Shown: positions 1-15,000 of the stretch, piece after piece
Layout of the letters: every line of letters starts with the position of its first letter
Numbering within the stretch: the stretch's first letter is position 1
Source of the DNA: Tubulanus polymorphus
Taxonomy: Eukaryota; Animalia; Nemertea
DNA length: 64,000 bases
NCBI RefSeq assembly: GCF_964204645.1
Contig: NW_027437435.1
Coordinates: 62,001-126,000 of the forward strand
Direction: 5' to 3'
Notes under the pieces: model-generated
The model's database searches: none
Told to the model about the DNA's origin: nothing
What the model saw: the letters and a program-made list of their open reading frames with translations, nothing else
Made by a program: the position numbers and the translations under genes

Positions 1-3000
1 CGCGAGAAAAGTCGTTTTCGTATCGAATATTCTCACTATCGGTAAAACGACAATGTCGATGCGTAAAAGCGCTCAAATCGTCAGGAAAAGCACTTTTCGA
101 CGCGAAAACGTCGTTCAGCGCGAGAAACGACGTTTTCGTATCGAATATTCTCCCTATCGGAAAAACGACAATGTCGATGCGTAAAAGCGCTCAAATCGTC
201 AGGAAAAGCACTTTTCGACGCGAAAACGTCGCTCAGCGCGAGAAAAGACGTTTTCTTATCGAATATTCCCCCTATCGGAAAAACGACAATGCCGATGCGT
301 AAAAGCGCTCAAATCGTCAGGAAAAGCACTTTTCGACGCGAAAACGTCGCTCAGCGCGAGAAAGACGTTTTCGTATCGAATATTCCCCCTATCGGTAAAA
401 CGACAATGCCGATGCGTAAAAGCGCTCAAATCGTCAGGAAAAGCACTTTTCGACCCAAAAACGTCGTTCGGCGCGAGAAAAGTCGTTTTCGTATCGAATA
501 TTCTCCCTATCGGTAAAACGACAATGTCGATGCGTAAATGCGTTCAAATCGTCAGGAAAAGCACTTTTCGACCCGAAAACGTAGTTCAGCGCGAGAAAAG
601 ACGTTTTCTTATCGTATATTCCCCCTATCGGAAAAACGACAATGTCGATGCGTAAAAGCGCTCAAATCATAAGGAAAAGCACTTTTCGACGCGAAAACGT
701 CGCTCAGAGCGAGAAAAGACGTTTTCGTATCGAATATTCCCCCTATCGGAAAAACGACAATGCCGATGCGTAAAAGCGCTCAAATCGTCAGGAAAAGCAC
801 TTTTCGACGCGAAAACGTCGCTCAGCGCGAGAAAAGACGTTTTCGTATGGAATATTCGCCCTATCGTAAAAACGACAATGCCGATGCGTAAAAGCGCTCA
901 AATCGTCAGGAAAAGCACTTTTCGACGCGAAAACGTCGTTCAGTGCGAGAAAAGACCTTTTCGTATCGAATATTCCCCCTATCGGAAAAACGACAATGTC
1001 GATGCGTAAAAGCGCTCAAATCGTCAGGAAAAGCACTTTTCGACCCGAAGACGTCGTTCAGCGCGAGAAAAGTCGTTTTCGTATCGAATATTCTCCCTAT
1101 CGGTAAAACGACAATGTCGATGCGTAAAAGCGCTCAAATCGTCAGGAAAAGCACTTTTCGACGCGAAAACGTCGTTCAGCGCGAGAAAAGTCGTTTTCGT
1201 ATCGAATATTCTCCCTATCGGTAAAACGACAATGCCGATGCGTAAAAGCGCTCAAATCGTCAGGAAAAGCACTTTTCGACGCGAAAACGTCGTTCGGCGC
1301 GAGAAAAGTCGTTTTCGTATCGAATATTCTCCCTATCGGTAAAACGACAATGTCGATGCGTAAATGCGTTCAAATCGTCAGGAAAAGCACTTTTCGACGC
1401 GAAAACGTCACTCAGCGCGAGAAAAGACGTTTTCGTATCGAATATTCGCCCTATCGTAAAAACGACAATGCCGATGCGTAAAAGCGCTCAAATCGTCAGG
1501 AAAAGCACTTTTCGACGCGAAAACGTCGTTCAGCGCGAGAAAAGACGTTTTCGTATCGAATATTCCCCCTATCGGAAAAACGACAATGTCGATGCGTAAA
1601 AGCGCTCAAATCGTCAGGAAAAGCACTTTTCGACGCGAAAACGTCGTTCAGCGCGAGAAAAGTCGTTTTCGTATCGAATATTCTCCCTATCGGTAAAACG
1701 ACAATGCCGATGCGTAAAAGCGCTCAAATCGTCAGGAAAAGCACTTTTCGACCCAAAAACGTCGTTCGGCGCGAGAAAAGTCGTTTTCGTATCGAATATT
1801 CTCCCTATCGGTAAAACGACAATGTCGATGCGTAAAAGCGCTCAAATCGTCAGGAAAAGCACTTTTCGACGCGAAAACGTCGTTCAGCGGGAGAAAAGAC
1901 GTTTTCGTATCGAATATTCTCACTATCGGTAAAACGACAATGTCGATGCGTAAAAGCGCTCAAATCGTCAGGAAAAGCACTTTTCGACGCGAAAACGTCG
2001 CTCAGCGCGAGAAAAGACGTTTTCGTATCGAATATTCGCCCTATCGTAAAAACGACAATGCCGATGCGTAAAAGCGCTCAAATCGTCAGGAAAAGCACTT
2101 TTCGACGCGAAAACGTCGTTCGGCGCGAGAAAAGACGTTTTCGTATTGAATATTCTCCCTATCGGAAAAACGACAATGTCGATGCGTAAAAGCGCTCAAA
2201 TCGTCAGGAAAAGCACTTTTCGGCGCGAAAACGTCGCTCAGCGCGAGAAAAGACGTTTTCGTATGGAATATTCGCCCTATCGTAAAAACGACAATGCCGA
2301 TGCGTAAAAGCGCTCAAATCGTCAGGAAAAGCACTTTTCGACGTGAAAACGTCGTTCAGCGCGAGAAAAGACCTTTTCGTATCGAATATTCCCCCTATCG
2401 GAAAAACGACAATGTCGATGCGTAAAAGCGCTCAAATCGTCAGGAAAAGCACTTTTCGACCCGAAAACGTCGTTCAGCGCGAGAAAAGTCGTTTTCGTAT
2501 CGAATATTCTCACTATCGGTAAAACGACAATGTCGATGCGTAAAAGCGCTCAAATCGTCAGGAAAAGCACTTTTCGACGCGAAAACGTCGTTCAGCGCGA
2601 GAAACGACGTTTTCGTATCGAATATTCTCCCTATCGGAAAAACGACAATGTCGATGCGTAAAAGCGCTCAAATCGTCAGGAAAAGCACTTTTCGACGCGA
2701 AAACGTCGCTCAGCGCGAGAAAAGACGTTTTCTTATCGAATATTCCCCCTATCGGAAAAACGACAATGCCGATGCGTAAAAGCGCTCAAATCGTCAGGAA
2801 AAGCACTTTTCGACGCGAAAACGTCGCTCAGCGCGAGAAAGACGTTTTCGTATCGAATATTCCCCCTATCGGTAAAACGACAATGCCGATGCGTAAAAGC
2901 GCTCAAATCGTCAGGAAAAGCACTTTTCGACCCAAAAACGTCGTTCGGCGCGAGAAAAGTCGTTTTCGTATCGAATATTCTCCCTATCGGTAAAACGACA

Positions 3001-6000
3001 ATGTCGATGCGTAAATGCGTTCAAATCGTCAGGAAAAGCACTTTTCGACCCGAAAACGTAGTTCAGCGCGAGAAAAGACGTTTTCTTATCGTATATTCCC
3101 CCTATCGGAAAAACGACAATGTCGATGCGTAAAAGCGCTCAAATCATAAGGAAAAGCACTTTTCGACGCGAAAACGTCGCTCAGAGCGAGAAAAGACGTT
3201 TTCGTATCGAATATTCCCCCTATCGGTAAAACGACAATGCCGATGCGTAAAAGCGCTCAAATCGTCAGGAAAAGCACTTTTCGACCCAAAAACGTCGTTC
3301 GGCGCGAGAAAAGTCGTTTTCGTATCGAATATTCTCCCTATCGGTAAAACGACAATGTCGATGCGTAAATGCGTTCAAATCGTCAGGAAAAGCACTTTTC
3401 GACCCGAAAACGTAGTTCAGCGCGAGAAAAGACGTTTTCTTATCGTATATTCCCCCTATCGGAAAAACGACAATGTCGATGCGTAAAAGCGCTCAAATCA
3501 TAAGGAAAAGCACTTTTCGACGCGAAAACGTCGCTCAGAGCGAGAAAAGACGTTTTCGTATCGAATATTCCCCCTATCGGAAAAACGACAATGCCGATGC
3601 GTAAAAGCGCTCAAATCGTCAGGAAAAGCACTTTTCGACGCGAAAACGTCGCTCAGCGCGAGAAAAGACGTTTTCGTATGGAATATTCGCCCTATCGTAA
3701 AAACGACAATGCCGATGCGTAAAAGCGCTCAAATCGTCAGGAAAAGCACTTTTCGACGCGAAAACGTCGTTCAGTGCGAGAAAAGACCTTTTCGTATCGA
3801 ATATTCCCCCTATCGGAAAAACGACAATGTCGATGCGTAAAAGCGCTCAAATCGTCAGGAAAAGCACTTTTCGACGCGAAAACGTCACTCAGCGCGAGAA
3901 AAGACGTTTTCGTATCGAATATTCGCCCTATCGTAAAAACGACAATGCCGATGCGTAAAAGCGCTCAAATCGTCAGGAAAAGCACTTTTCGACGCGAAAA
4001 CGTCGTTCAGCGCGAGAAAAGACGTTTTCGTGTCGAATATTCTCCCTATCGGTAAAACGACAATGTCGATGCGTAAAAGCGCTCAAATCGTCAGGAAAAG
4101 CACTTTTCGACGCGAAAACGTAGTTCAGCGCGAGAAAAGACGTTTTCTTATCGAATATTCCCCCTATCGGAAAAACGACAATGTCGATGCGTAAAAGCGC
4201 TCAAATCGTCAGGAAAAGCACTTTTCGACGCGAAAACGTCGTTCAGCGGGAGAAAAGACGTTTTCGTATCGAATATTCTCACTATCGGTAAAACGACAAT
4301 GTCGATGCGTAAAAGCGCTCAAATCGTCAGGAAAAGCACTTTTCGACGCGAAAACGTCGCTCAGCGCGAGAAAAGACGTTTTCGTATCGAATATTCGCCC
4401 TATCGTAAAAACGACAATGCCGATGCGTAAAAGCGCTCAAATCGTCAGGAAAAGCACTTTTCGACGCGAAAACGTCGTTCAGCGCGAGAAAAGACCTTTT
4501 CGTATCGAATATTCCCCCTATCGGAAAAACGACATGTCGATGCGTAAAAGCGCTCAAATCGTCAGGAAAAGCACTTTTCGACCCGAAAACGTCGTTCAGC
4601 GCGAGAAAAGTCGTTTTCGTATCGAATATTCTCACTATCGGTAAAACGACAATGTCGATGCGTAAAAGCGCTCAAATCGTCAGGAAAAGCACTTTTCGAC
4701 GCGAAAACGTCATTCAGCGCGAGAAACGACGTTTTCGTATCGAATATTCTCCCTATCGGAAAAACGACAATGTCGATGCGTAAAAGCGCTCAAATCGTCA
4801 GGAAAAGCACTTTTCGACGCGAAAACGTAGTTCAGCGCGAGAAAAGACGTTTTCTTATCGAATATTCCCCCTATCGGAAAAACGACAATGCCGATGCGTA
4901 AAAGCGCTCAAATCGTCAGGAAAAGCACTTTTCGACGCGAAAACGTCGTTCAGCGCGAGAAACGACGTTTTCGTATCGAATATTCTCCCTATCGGAAAAA
5001 CGACAATGTCGATGCGTAAAAGCGCTCAAATCGTCAGGAAAAGCACTTTTCGACGCGAAAACGTAGTTCAGCGCGAGAAAAGACGTTTTCTTATCGAATA
5101 TTCCCCCTATCGTAAAAACGACAATGCCGATGCGTAAAAGCGCTCAAATCGTCAGGAAAAGCACTTTTCGACGCGAAAACGTCGCTCAGCGCGAGAATGA
5201 CGTTTTCGTATCGAATATTCCCCCTATCGGAAAAACGACAATGTCGATGCGTAAAAGCGCTCAAATCGTCAGGAAAAGCACTTTTCGACGCGAAAACGTC
5301 GTTCAGCGCGAGAAAAGTCGTTTTCGTATCGAATATTCTTCCTATCGGTAAAACGACAATGCCGATGCGTAAAAGCGCTCAAATCGTCAGGAAAAGCACT
5401 TTTCGACCCAAAAACGTCGTTCGGCGCGAGAAAAGTCGTTTTCGTATCGAATATTCTCCCTATCGGTAAAACGACAATGTCGATGCGTAAATGCGTTCAA
5501 ATCGTCAGGAAAAGCACTTTTCGACCCGAAAACGTAGTTCAGCGCGAGAAAAGACGTTTTCTTATCGTATATTCCCCCTATCGGAAAAACGACAATGTCG
5601 ATGCGTAAAAGCGCTCAAATCATAAGGAAAAGCACTTTTCGACGCGAAAACGTCGCTCAGAGCGAGAAAAGACGTTTTCGTATCGAATATTCCCCCTATC
5701 GGAAAAACGACAATGCCGATGCGTAAAAGCGCTCAAATCGTCAGGAAAAGCACTTTTCGACGCGAAAACGTCGCTCAGCGCGAGAAAAGACGTTTTCGTA
5801 TGGAATATTCGCCCTATCGTAAAAACGACAATGCCGATGCGTAAAAGCGCTCAAATCGTCAGGAAAAGCACTTTTCGACCCAAAAACGTCGTTCGGCGCG
5901 AGAAAAGTCGTTTTCGTATCGAATATTCTCCCTATCGGTAAAACGACAATGTCGATGCGTAAATGCGTTCAAATCGTCAGGAAAAGCACTTTTCGACGCG

Positions 6001-9000
6001 AAAACGTCGCTCAGCGCGAGAAAAGACGTTTTCGTATCGAATATTCGCCCTATCGTAAAAACGACAATGCCGATGCGTAAAAGCGCTCAAATCGTCAGGA
6101 AAAGCACTTTTCGACGCGAAAACGTCGTTCAGCGCGAGAAAAGACGTTTTCTTATCGTATATTCCCCCTATCGGAAAAACGACAATGTCGATGCGTAAAA
6201 GCGCTCAAATCATAAGGAAAAGCACTTTTCGACGCGAAAACGTCGCTCAGCGCGAGAAAAGACGTTTTCGTATCGAATATTCCCCCTATCGGAAAAACGA
6301 CAATTTCGATGCGTAAAAGCGCTCAAATCGTAAGGAAAAGCACTTTTCGACGCGAAAACGTCGTTCAGCGCGAGAAAAGACGTTTTCGTATTGAATATTC
6401 TCCCTATCGGAAAAACGACAATGTCGATGCGTAAAAGCGCTCAAATCGTCAGGAAAAGCACTTTTCGACGCGAAAACGTCGCTCAGCGCGAGAAAAGACG
6501 TTTTCGTATGGAATATTCGCCCTATCGTAAAAACGACAATGCCGATGCGTAAAAGCGCTCAAATCGTCAGGAAAAGCACTTTTCGACGCGAAAACGTCGC
6601 TCAGCGCGAGAAAAGACGTTTTCTTATCGTATATTCCCCCTATCGGAAAAACGACAATGTCGATGCGTAAAAGCGCTCAAATCATAAGGAAAAGCACTTT
6701 TCGACGCGAAAACGTCGCTCAGCGCGAGAAAAGACGTTTTCGTATCGAATATTCCCCCTATCGGAAAAACGACAATGTCGATGCGTAAAAGCGCTCAAAT
6801 CGTAAGGAAAAGCACTTTTCGACCCGAAAACGTAGTTCAGCGCGAGAAAAGTCGTTTTCGTATCGAATATTCTCACTATCGGTAAAACGACAATGTCGAT
6901 GCGTAAAAGCGCTCAAATCGTCAGGAAAAGCACTTTTCGACGCGAAAACGTCGTTCAGCGCGAGAAAAGACGTTTTCGTGTCGAATATTCTCCCTATCGG
7001 TAAAACGACAATGTCGATGCGTAAAAGCGCTCAAATCGTCAGGAAAAGCACTTTTCGACGCGAAAACGTAGTTCAGCGCGAGAAAAGACGTTTTCTTATC
7101 GAATATTCCCCCTATCGGAAAAACGACAATGTCGATGCGTAAAAGCGCTCAAATCGTCAGGAAAAGCACTTTTCGACGCGAAAACGTCGTTCAGCGGGAG
7201 AAAAGACGTTTTCGTATCGAATATTCTCACTATCGGTAAAACGACAATGTCGATGCGTAAAAGCGCTCAAATCGTCAGGAAAAGCACTTTTCGACGCGAA
7301 AACGTCGCTCAGCGCGAGAAAAGACGTTTTCGTATCGAATATTCGCCCTATCGTAAAAACGACAATGCCGATGCGTAAAAGCGCTCAAATCGTCAGGAAA
7401 AGCACTTTTCGACGCGAAAACGTCGTTCGGCGCGAGAAAAGACGTTTTCGTATTGAATATTCTCCCTATCGGAAAAACGACAATGTCGATGCGTAAAAGC
7501 GCTCAAATCGTCAGGAAAAGCACTTTTCGACGCGAAAACGTCGCTCAGCGCGAGAAAAGACGTTTTCGTATGGAATATTCGCCCTATCGTAAAAACGACA
7601 ATGCCGATGCGTAAAAGCGCTCAAATCGTCAGGAAAAGCACTTTTCGACGCGAAAACGTCGTTCAGCGCGAGAAAAGACCTTTTCGTATCGAATATTCCC
7701 CCTATCGGAAAAACGACAATGTCGATGCGTAAAAGCGCTCAAATCGTCAGGAAAAGCACTTTTCGACCCGAAAACGTCGTTCAGCGCGAGAAAAGTCGTT
7801 TTCGTATCGAATATTCTCACTATCGGTAAAACGACAATGTCGATGCGTAAAAGCGCTCAAATCGTCAGGAAAAGCACTTTTCGACGCGAAAACGTCGTTC
7901 AGCACGAGAAAAGACGTTTTCTTATCGTATATTCCCCCTATCGGAAAAACGACAATGTCGATGCGTAAAAGCGCTCAAATCATAAGGAAAAGCACTTTTC
8001 GACGCGAAAACGTCGCTCAGCGCGAGAAAAGACGTTTTCGTATCGAATATTCCCCCTATCGGAAAAACGACAATTTCGATGCGTAAAAGCGCTCAAATCG
8101 TAAGGAAAAGCACTTTTCGACGCGAAAACGTCGTTCAGCGCGAGAAAAGACGTTTTCGTATTGAATATTCTCCCTATCGGAAAAACGACAATGTCGATGC
8201 GTAAAAGCGCTCAAATCGTCAGGAAAAGCACTTTTCGACGCGAAAACGTCGCTCAGCGCGAGAAAAGACGTTTTCGTATGGAATATTCGCCCTATCGTAA
8301 AAACGACAATGCCGATGCGTAAAAGCGCTCAAATCGTCAGGAAAAGCACTTTTCGACGCGAAAACGTCGCTCAGCGCGAGAAAAGACGTTTTCTTATCGT
8401 ATATTCCCCCTATCGGAAAAACGACAATGTCGATGCGTAAAAGCGCTCAAATCATAAGGAAAAGCACTTTTCGACGCGAAAACGTCGCTCAGCGCGAGAA
8501 AAGACGTTTTCGTATCGAATATTCCCCCTATCGGAAAAACGACAATGTCGATGCGTAAAAGCGCTCAAATCGTAAGGAAAAGCACTTTTCGACCCGAAAA
8601 CGTAGTTCAGCGCGAGAAAAGTCGTTTTCGTATCGAATATTCTCACTATCGGTAAAACGACAATGTCGATGCGTAAAAGCGCTCAAATCGTCAGGAAAAG
8701 CACTTTTCGACGCGAAAACGTCGTTCAGCGCGAGAAAAGACGTTTTCGTGTCGAATATTCTCCCTATCGGTAAAACGACAATGTCGATGCGTAAAAGCGC
8801 TCAAATCGTCAGGAAAAGCACTTTTCGACGCGAAAACGTAGTTCAGCGCGAGAAAAGACGTTTTCTTATCGAATATTCCCCCTATCGGAAAAACGACAAT
8901 GTCGATGCGTAAAAGCGCTCAAATCGTCAGGAAAAGCACTTTTCGACGCGAAAACGTCGTTCAGCGGGAGAAAAGACGTTTTCGTATCGAATATTCTCAC

Positions 9001-12000
9001 TATCGGTAAAACGACAATGTCGATGCGTAAAAGCGCTCAAATCGTCAGGAAAAGCACTTTTCGACGCGAAAACGTCGCTCAGCGCGAGAAAAGACGTTTT
9101 CGTATCGAATATTCGCCCTATCGTAAAAACGACAATGCCGATGCGTAAAAGCGCTCAAATCGTCAGGAAAAGCACTTTTCGACGCGAAAACGTCGTTCGG
9201 CGCGAGAAAAGACGTTTTCGTATTGAATATTCTCCCTATCGGAAAAACGACAATGTCGATGCGTAAAAGCGCTCAAATCGTCAGGAAAAGCACTTTTCGA
9301 CGCGAAAACGTCGCTCAGCGCGAGAAAAGACGTTTTCGTATGGAATATTCGCCCTATCGTAAAAACGACAATGCCGATGCGTAAAAGCGCTCAAATCGTC
9401 AGGAAAAGCACTTTTCGACGCGAAAACGTCGTTCAGCGCGAGAAAAGACCTTTTCGTATCGAATATTCCCCCTATCGGAAAAACGACAATGTCGATGCGT
9501 AAAAGCGCTCAAATCGTCAGGAAAAGCACTTTTCGACCCGAAAACGTCGTTCAGCGCGAGAAAAGTCGTTTTCGTATCGAATATTCTCACTATCGGTAAA
9601 ACGACAATGTCGATGCGTAAAAGCGCTCAAATCGTCAGGAAAAGCACTTTTCGACGCGAAAACGTCGTTCAGCGCGAGAAACGACGTTTTCGTATCGAAT
9701 ATTCTCCCTATCGGAAAAACGACAATGTCGATGCGTAAAAGCGCTCAAATCGTCAGGAAAAGCACTTTTCGACGCGAAAACGTAGTTCAGCGCGAGAAAA
9801 GACGTTTTCTTATCGAATATTCCCCCTATCGGAAAAACGACAATGCCGATGCGAAAAAGCGCTCAAATCGTCAGGAAAAGCACTTTTCGACGCGAAAACG
9901 TCGTTCAGCGCGAGAAACGACGTTTTCGTATCGAATATTCTCCCTATCGGAAAAACGACAATGTCGATGCGTAAAAGCGCTCAAATCGTCAGGAAAAGCA
10001 CTTTTCGACGCGAAAACGTAGTTCAGCGCGAGAAAAGACGTTTTCTTATCGAATATTCCCCCTACCGGAAAAACGACAATGCCGATGCGTAAAAGCGCTC
10101 AAATCGTCAGGAAAAGCACTTTTCGACGCGAAAACGTCGCTCAGCGCGAGAATGACGTTTTCGTATCGAATATTCCCCCTATCGGAAAAACGACAATGTC
10201 GATGCGTAAAAGCGCTCAAATCGTCAGGAAAAGCACTTTTCGACGCGAAAACGTCGTTCAGCGCGAGAAAAGTCGTTTTCGTATCGAATATTCTTCCTAT
10301 CGGTAAAACGACAATGCCGATGCGTAAAAGCGCTCAAATCGTCAGGAAAAGCACTTTTCGACCCAAAAACGTCGTTCGGCGCGAGAAAAGTCGTTTTCGT
10401 ATCGAATATTCTCCCTATCGGTAAAACGACAATGTCGATGCGTAAATGCGTTCAAATCGTCAGGAAAAGCACTTTTCGACGCGAAAACGTCGCTCAGCGC
10501 GAGAAAAGACGTTTTCGTATCGAATATTCGCCCTATCGTAAAAACGACAATGCCGATGCGTAAAAGCGCTCAAATCGTCAGGAAAAGCACTTTTCGACGC
10601 GAAAACGTCGTTCAGCGCGAGAAAAGACGTTTTCTTATCGTATATTCCCCCTATCGGAAAAACGACAATGTCGATGCGTAAAAGCGCTCAAATCATAAGG
10701 AAAAGCACTTTTCGACGCGAAAACGTCGCTCAGCGCGAGAAAAGACGTTTTCGTATCGAATATTCCCCCTATCGGAAAAACGACAATTTCGATGCGTAAA
10801 AGCGCTCAAATCGTAAGGAAAAGCACTTTTCGACCCGAAAACGTAGTTCAGCGCGAGAAAAGTCGTTTTCGTATCGAATATTCTCACTATCGGTAAAACG
10901 ACAATGTCGATGCGTAAAAGCGCTCAAATCGTCAGGAAAAGCACTTTTCGACGCGAAAACGTCGTTCAGCGCGAGAAAAGACGTTTTCGTGTCGAATATT
11001 CTCCCTATCGGTAAAACGACAATGTCGATGCGTAAAAGCGCTCAAATCGTCAGGAAAAGCACTTTTCGACGCGAAAACGTAGTTCAGCGCGAGAAAAGAC
11101 GTTTTCTTATCGAATATTCCCCCTATCGGAAAAACGACAATGTCGATGCGTAAAAGCGCTCAAATCGTCAGGAAAAGCACTTTTCGACGCGAAAACGTCG
11201 TTCAGCGGGAGAAAAGACGTTTTCGTATCGAATATTCTCACTATCGGTAAAACGACAATGTCGATGCGTAAAAGCGCTCAAATCGTCAGGAAAAGCACTT
11301 TTCGACGCGAAAACGTCGTTCAGCGCGAGAAAAGACCTTTTCGTATCGAATATTCCCCCTATCGGAAAAACGACAATGTCGATGCGTAAAAGCGCTCAAA
11401 TCGTAAGGAAAAGCACTTTTCGACCCGAAAACGTAGTTCAGCGCGAGAAAAGTCGTTTTCGTATCGAATATTCTCACTATCGGTAAAACGACAATGTCGA
11501 TGCGTATAAGCGCTCAAATCGTCAGGAAAAGCACTTTTCGACGCGAAAACGTAGTTCGGCGCGAGAAAAGACGTTTTCTTATCGAATATTCCCCCTATCG
11601 GAAAAACGACAATGTCGATGCGTAAAAGCGCTCAAATCGTCAGGAAAAGCACTTTTCGACGCGAAAACGTCGCTCAGCGCGAGAAAAGACGTTTTCGTAT
11701 CGAATATTCGCCCTATCGTAAAAACGACAATGCCGATGCGTAAAAGCGCTCAAATCGTCAGGAAAAGCACTTTTCGACGCGAAAACGTCGTTCAGCACGA
11801 GAAAAGACGTTTTCTTATCGTATATTCCCCCTATCGGAAAAACAACAATGTCGATGCGTAAAAGCGCTCAAATCATAAGGAAAAGCACTTTTCGACGCGA
11901 AAACGTCGCTCAGCGCGAGAAAAGACGTTTTCGTATCGAATATTCCCCCTATCGGTAAAACGACAATGTCGATGCGTAAAAGCGCTCAAATCGTCAGGAA

Positions 12001-15000
12001 AAGCACTTTTCGACGCGAAAACGTAGTTCAGCGCGAGAAAAGACGTTTTCTTATCGAATATTCCCCCTATCGGAAAAACGACAATGTCGATGCGTAAAAG
12101 CGCTCAAATCGTCAGGAAAAGCACTTTTCGACGCGAAAACGTCGTTCAGCGGGAGAAAAGACGTTTTCGTATCGAATATTCTCACTATCGGTAAAACGAC
12201 AATGTCGATGCGTAAAAGCGCTCAAATCGTCAGGAAAAGCACTTTTCGACGCGAAAACGTCGCTCAGCGCGAGAAAAGACGTTTTCGTATCGAATATTCG
12301 CCCTATCGTAAAAACGACAATGCCGATGCGTAAAAGCGCTCAAATCGTCAGGAAAAGCACTTTTCGACGCGAAAACGTCGTTCAGCGCGAGAAAAGACGT
12401 TTTCGTATCGAATATTCCCCCTATCGGAAAAACGACAATGTCGATGCGTAAAAGCGCTCAAATCGTAAGGAAAAGCACTTTTCGACCCGAAAACGTAGTT
12501 CAGCGCGAGAAAAGTCGTTTTCGTATCGAATATTCTCACTATCGGTAAAACGACAATGTCGATGCGTAAAAGCGCTCAAATCGTCAGGAAAAGCACTTTT
12601 CGACGCGAAAACGTCGTTCAGCGCGAGAAAAGACGTTTTCGTGTCGAATATTCTCCCTATCGGTAAAACGACAATGTCGATGCGTAAAAGCGCTCAAATC
12701 GTCAGGAAAAGCACTTTTCGACGCGAAAACGTAGTTCAGCGCGAGAAAAGACGTTTTCTTATCGAATATTCCCCCTATCGGAAAAACGACAATGTCGATG
12801 CGTAAAAGCGCTCAAATCGTCAGGAAAAGCACTTTTCGACGCGAAAACGTCGTTCAGCGGGAGAAAAGACGTTTTCGTATCGAATATTCTCACTATCGGT
12901 AAAACGACAATGTCGATGCGTAAAAGCGCTCAAATCGTCAGGAAAAGCACTTTTCGACGCGAAAACGTCGCTCAGCGCGAGAAAAGACGTTTTCGTATCG
13001 AATATTCGCCCTATCGTAAAAACGACAATGCCGATGCGTAAAAGCGCTCAAATCGTCAGGAAAAGCACTTTTCGACGCGAAAACGTCGTTCGGCGCGAGA
13101 AAAGACGTTTTCGTATTGAATATTCTCCCTATCGGAAAAACGACAATGTCGATGCGTAAAAGCGCTCAAATCGTCAGGAAAAGCACTTTTCGACGCGAAA
13201 ACGTCGCTCAGCGCGAGAAAAGACGTTTTCGTATGGAATATTCGCCCTATCGTAAAAACGACAATGCCGATGCGTAAAAGCGCTCAAATCGTCAGGAAAA
13301 GCACTTTTCGACGCGAAAACGTCGTTCAGCGCGAGAAAAGACCTTTTCGTATCGAATATTCCCCCTATCGGAAAAACGACAATGTCGATGCGTAAAAGCG
13401 CTCAAATCGTCAGGAAAAGCACTTTTCGACCCGAAAACGTCGTTCAGCGCGAGAAAAGTCGTTTTCGTATCGAATATTCTCACTATCGGTAAAACGACAA
13501 TGTCGATGCGTAAAAGCGCTCAAATCGTCAGGAAAAGCACTTTTCGACGCGAAAACGTCGTTCAGCGCGAGAAACGACGTTTTCGTATCGAATATTCTCC
13601 CTATCGGAAAAACGACAATGTCGATGCGTAAAAGCGCTCAAATCGTCAGGAAAAGCACTTTTCGACGCGAAAACGTAGTTCAGCGCGAGAAAAGACGTTT
13701 TCTTATCGAATATTCCCCCTATCGGAAAAACGACAATGCCGATGCGAAAAAGCGCTCAAATCGTCAGGAAAAGCACTTTTCGACGCGAAAACGTCGTTCA
13801 GCGCGAGAAACGACGTTTTCGTATCGAATATTCTCCCTATCGGAAAAACGACAATGTCGATGCGTAAAAGCGCTCAAATCGTCAGGAAAAGCACTTTTCG
13901 ACGCGAAAACGTAGTTCAGCGCGAGAAAAGACGTTTTCTTATCGAATATTCCCCCTATCGGAAAAACGACAATGCCGATGCGTAAAAGCGCTCAAATCGT
14001 CAGGAAAAGCACTTTTCGACGCGAAAACGTCGCTCAGCGCGAGAATGACGTTTTCGTATCGAATATTCCCCCTATCGGAAAAACGACAATGTCGATGCGT
14101 AAAAGCGCTCAAATCGTCAGGAAAAGCACTTTTCGACGCGAAAACGTCGTTCAGCGCGAGAAAAGTCGTTTTCGTATCGAATATTCTTCCTATCGGTAAA
14201 ACGACAATGCCGATGCGTAAAAGCGCTCAAATCGTCAGGAAAAGCACTTTTCGACCCAAAAACGTCGTTCGGCGCGAGAAAAGTCGTTTTCGTATCGAAT
14301 ATTCTCCCTATCGGTAAAACGACAATGTCGATGCGTAAATGCGTTCAAATCGTCAGGAAAAGCACTTTTCGACCCGAAAACGTAGTTCAGCGCGAGAAAA
14401 GACGTTTTCTTATCGTATATTCCCCCTATCGGAAAAACGACAATGTCGATGCGTAAAAGCGCTCAAATCATAAGGAAAAGCACTTTTCGACGCGAAAACG
14501 TCGCTCAGAGCGAGAAAAGACGTTTTCGTATCGAATATTCCCCCTATCGGAAAAACGACAATGCCGATGCGTAAAAGCGCTCAAATCGTCAGGAAAAGCA
14601 CTTTTCGACGCGAAAACGTCGCTCAGCGCGAGAAAAGACGTTTTCGTATGGAATATTCGCCCTATCGTAAAAACGACAATGCCGATGCGTAAAAGCGCTC
14701 AAATCGTCAGGAAAAGCACTTTTCGACCCAAAAACGTCGTTCGGCGCGAGAAAAGTCGTTTTCGTATCGAATATTCTCCCTATCGGTAAAACGACAATGT
14801 CGATGCGTAAATGCGTTCAAATCGTCAGGAAAAGCACTTTTCGACGCGAAAACGTCGCTCAGCGCGAGAAAAGACGTTTTCGTATCGAATATTCGCCCTA
14901 TCGTAAAAACGACAATGCCGATGCGTAAAAGCGCTCAAATCGTCAGGAAAAGCACTTTTCGACGCGAAAACGTCGTTCAGCGCGAGAAAAGACGTTTTCT

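Noticed and set aside
93-112. Possible CENP-B box (TTTCG...A..CG)
   Set aside because: It does not match the spacing or CGGG of nTTCGnnnnAnnCGGGn.
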